Positions 39,464-49,486 of a stretch of DNA of 64,000 nucleotides are shown here, in pieces. The notes under the pieces were generated by a model, which was not told the DNA's origin, did not search any database, and was given only the letters and a program-made list of their open reading frames with translations. Within the stretch, counting starts at the first letter, position 1. Every line of letters begins with the position of its first letter. This stretch comes from Candidatus Pacearchaeota archaeon. GTDB taxonomy: Archaea; Nanobdellota; Nanobdellia; Pacearchaeales; GW2011-AR1. Position numbers and translations under genes: made by a program. The stretch lies in contig JBAZNI010000001.1 of NCBI GenBank assembly GCA_041649295.1, positions 76,720-140,719 on the forward strand. The letters run 5' to 3'.

Positions 39464-39889
39464 TTAATCTGCTTTTTCAGCTTCTTCTCTTGTTAAATAT
39501 GCATTTCTTCCGGTATTTCCAAGTTCATAAGGCCTGCCTACTTGAGGAATACGAACAATTTCTCCAGGGTAAATTCTGTTATTTGTGGGACCATAAGCCC
39601 TTATGTCTTTTTCTGCCCACCCTTCTTTAGAATACAAACTTTCCATAGAATCTCCAGGTTTTACAACTACATAAGAAATTGGCGCACTTCCTATCGGATT
39701 TTTTTTTGTATCAGCACATATTGCAATACCTGCGAGTATGCCCCAAATAGAACATATCACTGCTATTGCTCCAATACCATTTGCTATTTTTCTTATCATT
39801 GGTTTTTTATGAATCTCCCTGTTTATAAATCTTTCTGTTTTGTAACTTCTACCTAGTAAATACAAAAAGATTATAACTGCCAAAAACAA
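39464..39889 (-). CDS. Membrane-anchored protein with LysM-like C-terminal region
   Basis: N-terminal TM; YVVVKPGDSMESL...IYPGEIVRIP. Confidence 0.35.
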   Translation of the reverse strand: MFLAVIIFLYLLGRSYKTERFINREIHKKPMIRKIANGIGAIAVICSIWGILAGIAICADTKKNPIGSAPISYVVVKPGDSMESLYSKEGWAEKDIRAYGPTNNRIYPGEIVRIPQVGRPYELGNTGRNAYLTREEAEKAD

Positions 39890-39897
39890 ATAATTTT

Positions 39898-40263
39898 ATG
39901 CCGATATTTGTAATTCAGGAACACAACGCGACGAAAAAACATTGGGATTTAAGATTAGAATTAAACAATGTACTGAAATCATGGGCAGTTACAAAAATTC
40001 CCCCAAAAATAAAATCTATTAAACGCCTTGCAATCCAGGTTCCTGATCATCCATTGGATTATGCAAATTTTGAAGGAGAGATTAAAGAAGGATATGGAAA
40101 AGGCACAGTAAAATTATGGGACAGAGGAACATACGAATTAGAAGACAAATCAGACAAGAAATTTGTTTTTAATCTTAATGGTAAAAATCTCAAAGGAAGA
40201 TACGCACTGATAAAAACCAGCTATGGCAAGGATAAAAACAGCTGGTTGTTTTTTAAGATTTAA
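39898..40263 (+). CDS. Stand-alone LigD 3-prime-phosphoesterase (PE) domain protein
   Basis: FVIQEHNATKKHWDLRLEL..VLKSWAVTK...HPLDYANFEGEI...GKGTVKLWDRGTY matches LigD PE domain signatures. Confidence 0.6.
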   Translation: MPIFVIQEHNATKKHWDLRLELNNVLKSWAVTKIPPKIKSIKRLAIQVPDHPLDYANFEGEIKEGYGKGTVKLWDRGTYELEDKSDKKFVFNLNGKNLKGRYALIKTSYGKDKNSWLFFKI

Positions 40264-40293
40264 ATCGGGTTAATAATATATTTTTCCCTGACT

Positions 40294-40695
40294 TTACGCG
40301 AGTTTTGTTAAATCCCCATTAAGGATAACCGGTTTCATTGCTTCAATTTCATCAGAATAGTTCATTTTAGGAATAGGATTAAACAAAAATATTCGTTTAT
40401 TCAGAACATGAGCAAAAGCAATTTCAATTAAGCTATTTCCTCCAATATAATTATTAATATTATTTTTATCTTTGTTGATTACAAGAATTGCATCCGTCTT
40501 TTTGATTTTTTCAAAATAAGTACGAATAACATCAAGTTCTATTTTCTCCCATTTGTCTTCGATATTAATTATACCGTTAGCATATTTATCTGTATTTGCA
40601 GGGATAATTACCTCATGGTGTTGTTCTTTCAACTCTTCCTTAACTTTAAGCATTTCTTTGGCGAAAGTCATACTCCCACAAATTGCGATTTTCAT
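40294..40695 (-). CDS. Nucleoside 2-deoxyribosyltransferase-like Rossmann protein
   Basis: MKIAICGS...GNSLIEIAFA pattern; family assignment tentative. Confidence 0.4.
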   Translation of the reverse strand: MKIAICGSMTFAKEMLKVKEELKEQHHEVIIPANTDKYANGIINIEDKWEKIELDVIRTYFEKIKKTDAILVINKDKNNINNYIGGNSLIEIAFAHVLNKRIFLFNPIPKMNYSDEIEAMKPVILNGDLTKLA

Positions 40696-40802
40696 AATAT
40701 CTAAATTAAATGATTATATATAAACTTTCAGTACTAAAATATTTTTGTAGAAAAGTCTTCTTTACATTAACCCAAAATGTTTTTTATATTAACCTATTAA
40801 CC

Positions 40803-41648
40803 CTAAGCTTCCTGCCCGTCATCGCCTACAAAATCTTCCATTGAAGGGGCTGCTTTTTCTAATTTATTTTTTTCAATATACCCGTTTGCAAGAAGATAAA
40901 AAATTAATCCCAGAGATTTTGAACTTTTATTATTGCATGGAATTCTTACATTTGCCCCTTTTGTAAAATTATTTGTATCGCAGAGCATTATAACTTTTTT
41001 ATTTGTTAAAATCGCTTCTGCAAGAGCGTTTCTGTCAACCCACGGATCACAGATAATCACTAATTCCGGTTCATAAAATGTTGAAAGTTCTGTATTTGTC
41101 ATCATTCCTGCAGGATATTTTTTTGTAAATGATTTTATTCCTGTAACTTTGGAAAATTTTTCAGCAGGTTCCCATCCTGCTTCTCTTTTGCATATAAGAA
41201 CAATTTCTTCAGGAGAGTATTTTGAAATCAGGCTTATTGCTTTCTTTATATGTTCGTCAATTAAAGTAGTATTTAAAACCCCGATACTATCTGCCCTTCT
41301 TCTGTAAACAAATTCTTTCATATCCGGGGTTATAACTTTTGTTCCCAAGTGAATCCCGGTTTTAACATAATCTTCCAAGGGGATTAATAGCTCACGTTTT
41401 TTCTCAAGCTCTTCTTTAATATCTTCTGTTTTTACTGTTTCAATACTTTCAGCGAACTTTTTTGCTTTTTCCTTTATCTCCCTCAAAAGAACGCTTCTGT
41501 CAGATGTTTTTTCTTTTTTTGCTGGACTTTTTTCTTCATCAGTATCTTTCTTTTTTCTTCCCTTCTTTTTCTTCTCTTCTGGTACAGTTATTTCTCCAGC
41601 TGTTTCATTGTTTTTTTCATTTATTATTTCAGATTTTTTTCTTGCCAT
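40803..41648 (-). CDS. rps2: Ribosomal protein uS2 with Lys/Glu-rich N-terminal extension
   Basis: LLIPLEDYVKTGIHLGTK...VLICKREAG...ELVIICDPWVDRNALAEA...IMLCDTN...NNKSSKSLGLIFYLLA. Confidence 0.85.
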   Translation of the reverse strand: MARKKSEIINEKNNETAGEITVPEEKKKKGRKKKDTDEEKSPAKKEKTSDRSVLLREIKEKAKKFAESIETVKTEDIKEELEKKRELLIPLEDYVKTGIHLGTKVITPDMKEFVYRRRADSIGVLNTTLIDEHIKKAISLISKYSPEEIVLICKREAGWEPAEKFSKVTGIKSFTKKYPAGMMTNTELSTFYEPELVIICDPWVDRNALAEAILTNKKVIMLCDTNNFTKGANVRIPCNNKSSKSLGLIFYLLANGYIEKNKLEKAAPSMEDFVGDDGQEA

Positions 41649-41734
41649 TTTAATTCTATTAAATTTAACAGAAAATTAGATTTTTAAATGCTTCTGTTAG
41701 TATAAATAATAATTAATAGATATAATTTATAAGT

Positions 41735-42979
41735 TTAATCACTAATTGTAACCTGGTCGGTATAAACCCCAAATTCTTTGAATACACAATTAACCTCTCT
41801 CCATTGCGCCTGATATAAAGTTTCTGTATCTTTTCCAACAACCTTTTTTGTAATTTTTGTATATTTATTTATTGGGCATAGTTGCTTTGATTCTTCTTCA
41901 CAATCAGTATAAGTCTCAAACATCGGAACAAATCGAATGTCGTCAGCATTTATTATCTTAAATACAAAAGGGCATGAAGCCAATGCTGATACTCCTGAAC
42001 CAGTGGCTGAAATTCCTGCTAGCCCGCCCACAACTAAATTTTGAGGGGTTGGCGTTAACATTAAAGACATTCCACTTAAACCTGCCAATCTAATTCCCGC
42101 ACTTCCGAGGCATGTTGCTAAAACAGCAGGTCTTGTCTCAGGGGTAATTACATCTCTGAAGTTGCTTACTCCTACACCTGCCAGCCTTATTTTTTTCTTG
42201 CAGTTTTCTCCCTCAGAATAATCACTAACTCTTAATTCAATCTTTCCCTCATCATTAAGCCTTACTTCATATTGGAACATATCTTTCTTTTTTGCTCCAG
42301 CAAAATCATCAAAATGATAAACTTCTTTTTTATTTACAAGTCCGTCATACCAGAATAATCTCCTTTTATAACTGTCAGAGTCAGAAAAAACCGGTTTCCA
42401 ATCACCATCTAAAACCACATAATTTTTTTGGGCAGTGTTTAAATCCCCTCCCTTATAGCAAAGAGCTTCATAAATAACCTCATTACTAACTTCAACACCC
42501 CCTGTTTCAACAGAATTTTTATATACGGCATATTTTTCTTCACATGTGGTTATTTCATCTCCAATAATTTTATTTAAGGCATTGTTTGAAGATAGCTTAT
42601 CTCTAAGATCTTCCAATACTTCAAGTCCAAACTTTCCTGTATCAACACCCCCTGCATAAACCATGGAATTTAAGTCTTTTATTTCATCTTCATTGCCTTC
42701 TGCAACTGCTTTTGGAAAATTAAGAGAGAAAACTTTTCCTTCCCAGTTAATTCCACCTCCTCCAAGAAGTCCATTATCAATAGCAGTCTGCAAATTATAA
42801 TCTTTTCCTTCTATATTGACTTTTATTGCATCCCCGCTATGCCATACAGCAGGGTTTGGGTTTTGCCATATAGGAATCTCAGCATTTTCCGCAATTACAA
42901 AAATTCCAACAGCCAATATTAAGAATAATGAAGATAATAAAATCAGATGTGTCTTTGTTACATTAATGCTAAATTTCAT
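41735..42979 (-). CDS. Secreted hypothetical protein
   Basis: N-terminal signal/TM, 414 aa; no family. Confidence 0.4.
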   Translation of the reverse strand: MKFSINVTKTHLILLSSLFLILAVGIFVIAENAEIPIWQNPNPAVWHSGDAIKVNIEGKDYNLQTAIDNGLLGGGGINWEGKVFSLNFPKAVAEGNEDEIKDLNSMVYAGGVDTGKFGLEVLEDLRDKLSSNNALNKIIGDEITTCEEKYAVYKNSVETGGVEVSNEVIYEALCYKGGDLNTAQKNYVVLDGDWKPVFSDSDSYKRRLFWYDGLVNKKEVYHFDDFAGAKKKDMFQYEVRLNDEGKIELRVSDYSEGENCKKKIRLAGVGVSNFRDVITPETRPAVLATCLGSAGIRLAGLSGMSLMLTPTPQNLVVGGLAGISATGSGVSALASCPFVFKIINADDIRFVPMFETYTDCEEESKQLCPINKYTKITKKVVGKDTETLYQAQWREVNCVFKEFGVYTDQVTISD

Positions 42980-43312
42980 TTGGCCTCTTTATTAATGATT
43001 ATTTAAGGTTGGACCCCTTTATAAAGTTTTTTACATTTTGCAAATTTGTTAATAAAAATATTTTTTATTGTATAATCTTAATTAATATGCCAAGAATTGT
43101 TTTTTTATAAACTCTCGAATTTATTCTATGAGATAGGAAAACAATTATTTAGCATGTTCAGAAACCAGACAACAAACATGCTGTATATTTTAGTGTATAG
43201 TTTTTGGTAAATTAATATAAAGAAATTATACAAGTCTGCGTAGATGATAAATAATAAATATATAAGCAAGTAGTGATGTACGTTTTGACATTAGCAAAAT
43301 GTCCTTTTGACA

Positions 43313-44485
43313 TTAACAAAAACTTTTTTTTATTTTAACTAATCTTCTTAGTTTTTCTTTTCTTCCCCTGCCCAAAATTCCGGTTTTAATGTAATCTGCT
43401 TGAAAGCCAAAAGCCAAATCACTTAGGATATTTTCAGATGTTTCGCCGCTCCTGTGAGAAATTATTGTTTTAATTTTATTCAATTTACAGTATTCAATAA
43501 TTTCCTTTACTTCGATAAGCGAGCCATTCTGGTTTGGCTTTATTATCACTGCACTTATTGATTTTTCTTTTTGCGCTTTTTTTATTCTAGTTAGATTAGT
43601 GACTGTTAAATCATCTCCGATTATTAAACAATCTGAATTTTTTTTCAACACTGAAAAACTCGCAAAATCATTTTCTTGGAAAGGGTCTTCAATAATATAA
43701 ATTCTTTCAGTTATTCTTTTTATAAAATTAATTTGTTCATTTGTGTTTAATACTTTCTTTTTATTCTGATAATTATATTTTCCATTTTTGTAAAACTCAG
43801 ACGCAGCGCAGTCAACTCCAATTTTTACACAGCATTTAAATTTTTTTTCCAATTTCTCTTTTACACTTATCATTATATGAATTATTGTATCATTATCAAG
43901 AGATGTCTGCCATGCATTTTCATCATTTAATCTTCTTGCGAAATTTTTATCATTTTTATTCAGTTCTTTTTTGCATAATCTCCATGCACATTTGTTAACT
44001 TTAACTGATTTTCTAATTTCACATTCAGGTATAAACCAAAACTCCTGAAAATCGGGCTTTTTCCCTTCTGAATGCCTTCCCCCGCCAATTGCATTCCCAA
44101 TTAGTTTTGGAAACCTGCAGGCATTTGGATTTATTAGCTGCCAAACTTGTTTTTTCTTTTGTTTTGCTATTGCCTTAAGAAATGCGTACTCAACAGCAAC
44201 CATTGTATTTGCACCTATTTTATTCCTTAACATTTTTTCAACATTAATCAAATCGCCAAATTTATCAAATTTAATTTCAAATGGCTTTATGCTGTTGATA
44301 AATTTTATATCTCTCTCTAAAGATGTTTTCCAAGGATTGGCCTCGTATTTTCCCCTTGACTTTCCATTTGGCGCACTTGCACGAAACTTCCCAAAATCAG
44401 TGATTAATAAAATTTTAATGGTTTTATCTCCACGGGTATCACTAATAACGCGGGCTCTTACCTCTTTAATAATCATAAATAACAA
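43313..44485 (-). CDS. eno: Enolase (divergent, short)
   Basis: IKEVRARVISDTRGDKT N-terminus, SHRSGETSEN...IKTG C-terminal block; 390 aa versus typical about 425. Confidence 0.7.
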   Translation of the reverse strand: MLFMIIKEVRARVISDTRGDKTIKILLITDFGKFRASAPNGKSRGKYEANPWKTSLERDIKFINSIKPFEIKFDKFGDLINVEKMLRNKIGANTMVAVEYAFLKAIAKQKKKQVWQLINPNACRFPKLIGNAIGGGRHSEGKKPDFQEFWFIPECEIRKSVKVNKCAWRLCKKELNKNDKNFARRLNDENAWQTSLDNDTIIHIMISVKEKLEKKFKCCVKIGVDCAASEFYKNGKYNYQNKKKVLNTNEQINFIKRITERIYIIEDPFQENDFASFSVLKKNSDCLIIGDDLTVTNLTRIKKAQKEKSISAVIIKPNQNGSLIEVKEIIEYCKLNKIKTIISHRSGETSENILSDLAFGFQADYIKTGILGRGRKEKLRRLVKIKKSFC

Positions 44486-44519
44486 AAGAAAATCAGGTTT
44501 ATTAAATTGTTGCTTGATA

Positions 44520-44551
44520 AAAAAAGAACAATAATGTTATACTTGTTTGCA
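44520..44551. repeat. 32-bp direct repeat, copy 1 (AAAAAAGAACAATAATGTTATACTTGTTTGCA)
   Basis: Identical copy at 45296-45327, 776 bp away; homology ends inside a TTTGCA(A) anticodon-loop-like sequence. Confidence 0.75.
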
Positions 44552-44585
44552 ACGACGGAAGAGAGGTTCGATCCCGCGTGAGTCC
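44546..44585 (+). pseudogene. Orphan tRNA 3-prime fragment (anticodon loop TTTGCAA to discriminator; tRNA-Ala-like)
   Basis: TTTGCAACGACGGAAGAGAGGTTCGATCCCGCGTGAGTCCA has loop, T-loop TTCGATC and acceptor 3-prime strand, but no 5-prime half anywhere nearby. Confidence 0.45.
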
Positions 44586-44591
44586 ATATAA

Positions 44592-45142
44592 CTAATTCTT
44601 AAAGAACTTTTCAACTTCTTCTTTTTTAAACATTCTAAACCTGTCGCATTCTCTTTTTAAATGATAAGAAAATTTAGTTTCAAAACCAATGTTTTCTATA
44701 TTTTTTCCTATCTCTTTAACCGCTCTGATTGCAGGATTAAAATCTCCATCACTGCTAATTAGGATTGCAGTATCATAAGCGTTATTAAATGCCAATCTAA
44801 CCATATCAACTGCTAAATGAATGTCATCTTCTTTAACTTGATATATTTCTTTTCCATCTATCTTAATTTTTGCATCCTGCATAAAACTAAATTAAAATTA
44901 GGGATTCTTTTCAATGCATCAAAAAATTTCTGTTGCTTAATATAAGTCTCTTCATCTTTTTTTCTGTCTAACGGGGCAGAATAATAATATACTCTTATTA
45001 ATTCTCTATCACCAACAATATGACTAACAAATTTCTCAAAATCAAAATTCATAGACTTCTTTTTATTATGAAACATATCTTTAATAATATGATAATGATT
45101 GCTTCCATCTATAAATATCATTATCCTCTTTTTAGCTACCAT
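44592..45142 (-). pseudogene. NYN/LabA-like domain protein split by a frameshift (ORFs 44858..45142 and 44592..44882)
   Basis: N-terminal ORF has IMIFIDGSNHYH; C-terminal ORF has ILISSDGDF; they overlap by 25 nt in different frames. Confidence 0.55.
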
Positions 45143-45153
45143 AAAGATAAATA

Positions 45154-45179
45154 CCTAGGGTTGCAGTGCAAACCTAGGG
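45154..45179. promoter_or_regulatory. Near-perfect 12-bp-arm palindrome CCTAGGGTTGCA-G-TGCAAACCTAGG
   Basis: One mismatch; lies between the NYN gene start and the radical SAM gene stop. Confidence 0.35.
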
Positions 45180-45295
45180 GGTATATGATTATCATAGAAC
45201 TCCTAAGTTTTTAAGGTTTTCGTAACGATTCTTTTTTGGCCCATACCTGTATTAAACAAAGGGGTTCCATATTGGGCGATCTAAAATGTTTAATT

Positions 45296-45327
45296 AAAAA
45301 AGAACAATAATGTTATACTTGTTTGCA
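45296..45327. repeat. 32-bp direct repeat, copy 2
   Basis: See 44520-44551. Confidence 0.75.
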
Positions 45328-45367
45328 CAAAGTATATCAAAAAGGATATACTTTCTTAATATTAATT

Positions 45368-47038
45368 TTAGTAATCCTCGCAAAGATGTACTGATTTATT
45401 ATCAGGAAATATAACCCCAGAATTTTTATAAAACTCTCTTTCAATCTTTCCAATTTCTTTAGCTTTTTCTTCAAAAGTTAGATTGCTCTTTTCTAACTCC
45501 CTAATTTTATTTTTTAGTAAGAGATAATATCTTTTAACCTCATTAATTTTTCCAAGAATATCTTTATCTGCAATTATATTTAAACTGTTAGGATTATCAT
45601 TGCAATTTTCTATTAAAGGCTCTTCATATGTATGAATTATAATTTTCTTTTTGTCGCCAAACTCTATTTTTGGGATAAAGTAGATTACTCTCCTATTTTC
45701 TTTATCTATTTCTTTAACTGCAGAAAAATGAGGATAGGAAGCTAAATATAAATTACCCTGTTCATGAAGAATGTTATAAGCCTGCCATCTTTCCATATCA
45801 GAATTTTCAGTATGGCTATCTAAGAAACTTATGGCCTTTGTAACCATTTCTATTGGTACTGTTAAATCAGGGTGTGAAGACGAGTGCATATCTATAATCA
45901 ATTTGTAAGGAATTACTCCTACCACATAAGCTTGTTTAGAAATTTTTCTGAGTTTTTCTACGGACCAAGCCAAGTTACTCCTTTTAAAATTTATTCCTTC
46001 CTGAAGAGGCATTTGAAGATGTATAGTGATTCCATTTGTATTTAATTTGTCTATAGCAATTTTTGCTTCTGGTGCAGACAGTTGATATTCATCCGTGACA
46101 TGGGCATTGATATAAAATTGTTTTCCTGTTTCTTTTTCAAAATCTGCAAAAATTTTTACAAGTTTGTCATCAATTCTATACCAAAGACCTTGGAAAATTG
46201 CAGAGGTGCACATTCGCACCACTTTGACATATTTTGCTTTTTTAAGCTCATCTAATATTTTTTTAATGGCATCATTATCAAAAAGAGTTGGTTCACCTCC
46301 ACTAAAAACTATAGTATCCACTTCTTGGTTTTGATTTAGCCATTTCGTTAATAATCTAATCTGTTGAACTGCTCTTTTTTGTTCAAGAGTTAGCTGTTTC
46401 TTAATTTCTGCATATTCCGGGTAAACATTAGCTAAAGCCACTAATGATGTTCTAACCATAGACCCCTTATAACACCCATCACAACCTATAGGACAAGATT
46501 CAGTTATATTAACTAAAACAGCATAAGGAAATTTTCTAGTCGCTAAGTAAATTTCCTTTCTTTCTTTATCTTTCGCAAGAATTCTTCCTTCAATCTCGAA
46601 AACCCCATATGGATCCATACTATGCCTCCAATTTCCAGAAAATTTTTCCGAACGAGAAGGTATAAACTTTCTAATTGTTGTTTCACTCATTATTGAGTTG
46701 TATGGGAGCAAACTCATAGCTCTTCCACTATCAACAGATTTTTTTGATTCTTCAACAGATTTTTTATCTATTCCTAAAATTTCTAAATCTTCAGGTTTTG
46801 TAGCTCTAAACAACAGTTGGAATGTTTGAGAACCCCACAATTCTTCTGGTTTAATTTTTAGAACAGAACCAATCTCTTCTAAAACTTTTTCAAATAAATT
46901 ATTTTTGTTTAATGAACCTGCAAGTTTACGTTTTGATAAGTATTTGCTTCTACAATATTTGAAAAATTCTAGGGTCTCACCCTTATTTAATTTTTGTTTT
47001 AAATACATTAAGTTAAGCTCTGGTTTCATTTTGTTCAA
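45368..47038 (-). CDS. KamA-family (lysine 2,3-aminomutase-like) radical SAM protein with long N-terminal extension
   Basis: CPIGCDGC CX3CX2C motif, VFSGGEPTL; 556 aa. Confidence 0.5.
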   Translation of the reverse strand: MNKMKPELNLMYLKQKLNKGETLEFFKYCRSKYLSKRKLAGSLNKNNLFEKVLEEIGSVLKIKPEELWGSQTFQLLFRATKPEDLEILGIDKKSVEESKKSVDSGRAMSLLPYNSIMSETTIRKFIPSRSEKFSGNWRHSMDPYGVFEIEGRILAKDKERKEIYLATRKFPYAVLVNITESCPIGCDGCYKGSMVRTSLVALANVYPEYAEIKKQLTLEQKRAVQQIRLLTKWLNQNQEVDTIVFSGGEPTLFDNDAIKKILDELKKAKYVKVVRMCTSAIFQGLWYRIDDKLVKIFADFEKETGKQFYINAHVTDEYQLSAPEAKIAIDKLNTNGITIHLQMPLQEGINFKRSNLAWSVEKLRKISKQAYVVGVIPYKLIIDMHSSSHPDLTVPIEMVTKAISFLDSHTENSDMERWQAYNILHEQGNLYLASYPHFSAVKEIDKENRRVIYFIPKIEFGDKKKIIIHTYEEPLIENCNDNPNSLNIIADKDILGKINEVKRYYLLLKNKIRELEKSNLTFEEKAKEIGKIEREFYKNSGVIFPDNKSVHLCEDY

Positions 47039-47091
47039 GTTGTTATTTATTACTTTTCTTTAAAAGAAAATCAGGTTTATTAATGTTATTC

Positions 47092-47403
47092 TCAATCGTC
47101 TAACCAGCGAACTACATCCCAATAGTTTGGGTGATAAGTTGCCATCCTAAATCTTTGCACACTTCCTCCAGAAACTTGAGATACTCTTTTATCATTTAAC
47201 AAACCAGCGTTTTTTGGGAGAGTAAATGTATCTACTCCAAGATTATCAGCTCCATCTCTTTTTTCAATTAAATATTTAACCCTATCTGCAAACATAACCT
47301 TGCCCGCTAATTCTGTTGGGATATATCTTAATAAAATTGGTTTTCCATCGCCATTAATATCTACTTCATAATCTTCTCCTTCACTTAACCCTTCCAATCC
47401 CAT
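47092..47403 (-). CDS. Hypothetical protein (GC-richer)
   Basis: 103-aa ORF. Confidence 0.3.
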   Translation of the reverse strand: MGLEGLSEGEDYEVDINGDGKPILLRYIPTELAGKVMFADRVKYLIEKRDGADNLGVDTFTLPKNAGLLNDKRVSQVSGGSVQRFRMATYHPNYWDVVRWLDD

Positions 47404-47537
47404 CTATTTGCTTAAGATTAATTGTTTATAAATATTTATATAACAAGAATATTTTGTTAATGATTTTATCTGTTTGCACGGAGCATATAAATGCACATCA
47501 AAGCAGTTGTCAAGTTTTCTTATTACTAACCCCGAAA

Positions 47538-47924
47538 TTACTGCAACTCTTCACTTGCTTCTCTTCCTTCACTTTCTTCTTCAATATATTCTTCGTCTTC
47601 TGGATTTGCAAGCTCCATTATTTCGCCTTTTTCTGCAATTTCTTTTTCCTCTACATTTTCACTTTCAACAGCTTCTTCTTTCTTGACTTCTTCAACTTTT
47701 TTTGTAACCTTAACAGCTTTTTTCTTTGGCATCGGCTGTTTCACTGCAATAGGAAGAACCCCTTTTTCAAATTCTATTTTTGCAATTTCCATAGGATTAT
47801 AATGGATTTTTTCCAGTTCTTCTTCACTAAGCTCTACTAAAAGCGGGGCATTCATTGCTATTTGAAGAGATCTTGCTCCAAGAATTCTTGCTGTCTCATA
47901 CTTTGTAAATTCTTGCTTGTTCAT
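47538..47924 (-). CDS. rpoK: RNA polymerase subunit K (Rpb6 homolog) with acidic K/E-rich C-terminal tail
   Basis: FTKYETARILGARSLQIAMNAPLLVE core; about 65-aa extension. Confidence 0.7.
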   Translation of the reverse strand: MNKQEFTKYETARILGARSLQIAMNAPLLVELSEEELEKIHYNPMEIAKIEFEKGVLPIAVKQPMPKKKAVKVTKKVEEVKKEEAVESENVEEKEIAEKGEIMELANPEDEEYIEEESEGREASEELQ

Positions 47925-47954
47925 GTAATTACCCTCAGATTTGCCTATTTAAAT

Positions 47955-48782
47955 TTAACTATTTTGGATTGCCTCATCAATTAATTTTTCTACTTTTGGA
48001 AATATGTCTTTGTATTTTGATTCAACTAAATCCAGCATTTTTGAAAAACCCTCTTCATTTATCACATTTTCCTCTCCCTTTTGCATACTGCATATTTTTA
48101 TAGGATTTCCAGGAATAACTGCAAGCACAAGCCTTCCATCACTTGCCTCTTCTTCTTCAGTATTTGGGTCAAGTATTAGGCTATTTTTTATCTTATATAC
48201 ACTAAAATTAAACGGAATGTTTTTTGTTAGCGGAATAGCCCCTACATGTGGCTTGTCATAGTCAATTTTTTCTGTTTCTTCGTCGTAAAAAGGAATTTTT
48301 GCACTTTTTAGTGCAGCAAGAGTTGCTATAAATGCGGCATCTAATAAATTCCCATTATCATTTACAGAATATATGTCGATGAAAACTGTCCAGACTTTTT
48401 CCCCCTCTTTAATGCATAATTTTTTAAAATCAATATATTTTGATTCTCTTATACCTCTGTCTACCAGCCTTCCTAGTTCAATTGAATTAAATTTTGGAGG
48501 TCCATAATCGTATTTTTCGCTGCTTAATGGAGTTAATTCACATGTCACCATCATATTCCCCTCTTCCTGCGAATCAGGGTAGGGTTCTCCTATCCCAAGT
48601 TTAACTCCAACCCAGACTTCTGTTTTTCCTAATTTAACCTTAGCACTTCCCTCTGCTTTTTTTGATATGCCACATTCAATATGTATGTCTCTAAACTCAT
48701 CATTTTTTCTTTTATCAAATCTTTTTCCAGTTGCCAGGTATTCTGCTATTCTCTTGCTTGTATTATTGGATGTTGGAATCAT
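47955..48782 (-). CDS. rrp42: Exosome subunit Rrp42
   Basis: RNase PH-like fold, position after rrp41 in the conserved operon. Confidence 0.75.
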   Translation of the reverse strand: MIPTSNNTSKRIAEYLATGKRFDKRKNDEFRDIHIECGISKKAEGSAKVKLGKTEVWVGVKLGIGEPYPDSQEEGNMMVTCELTPLSSEKYDYGPPKFNSIELGRLVDRGIRESKYIDFKKLCIKEGEKVWTVFIDIYSVNDNGNLLDAAFIATLAALKSAKIPFYDEETEKIDYDKPHVGAIPLTKNIPFNFSVYKIKNSLILDPNTEEEEASDGRLVLAVIPGNPIKICSMQKGEENVINEEGFSKMLDLVESKYKDIFPKVEKLIDEAIQNS

Positions 48783-49486
48783 TTTTCATCCACCTTTATA
48801 TTTTTTAGAGCTTCTTTTTGAATTTCATAAATTTCTTTGGAAATTTTTTTGCCAAGACTAATTGCTTCTTTTAATTCTTTGCAGGAAATATGCCCGTCAA
48901 GCTGAATATGAACCAAATCTTGCTTTCTTGCTAAAAATGACATCGCTATATCTGTAGCACCTTCTCCTTCTTCATAGTCTTCTTCAGATTTATTTACATC
49001 AACAACCAGTTGTTTGTTAAGTTTTCCAATTGACACACTTGTTATCAAATCTTTCATAGGGATTCCTGCATGTGCTAATGCTAGAGAAGCAGCGTTAATC
49101 CCTGCACATCTTGTCGAAGCATCTGCCTGCGGGATTAAAATGTGCACATCTACAGCAGTATTTGGAAAATCATTTATTAAAACAGCAGAACTTAAAGCCC
49201 ACTCGCTTATTTTTGAAATTTCTGTGCTTCTTTTTGAAGGTCCTGGGCGTATCCTGTCTGTTACTGAAAAACTCATCATATTGTAATTACATCTTAAAAT
49301 TCCTTTTTCAGGATTTTGCATATGCTGAGGATGCAGTTTTCTAGGCCCGTAAACAGCTGCAATTGCAACAGTATCTCCAAATGAAAACATTGCACTTCCA
49401 TCTGCATTTGGCACAACGCCGACTTCTGCTTTTATTTTCCTTGTTTCATCTGCCCTTCTTCCGTCGCTTCGTTTATATTCTGTCAT
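48779..49486 (-). CDS. rrp41: Exosome catalytic subunit Rrp41
   Basis: RSDGRRADETRKI phosphate-binding motif, RNase PH fold. Confidence 0.85.
   Translation of the reverse strand: MTEYKRSDGRRADETRKIKAEVGVVPNADGSAMFSFGDTVAIAAVYGPRKLHPQHMQNPEKGILRCNYNMMSFSVTDRIRPGPSKRSTEISKISEWALSSAVLINDFPNTAVDVHILIPQADASTRCAGINAASLALAHAGIPMKDLITSVSIGKLNKQLVVDVNKSEEDYEEGEGATDIAMSFLARKQDLVHIQLDGHISCKELKEAISLGKKISKEIYEIQKEALKNIKVDEK

Noticed and set aside
44546-44585. Split-tRNA 3-prime half (Nanoarchaeum style)
   Set aside because: The fragment includes the whole anticodon loop, which is not a 37/38 split. No complementary leader or 5-prime half was found in the window, so an att-site remnant is more likely.
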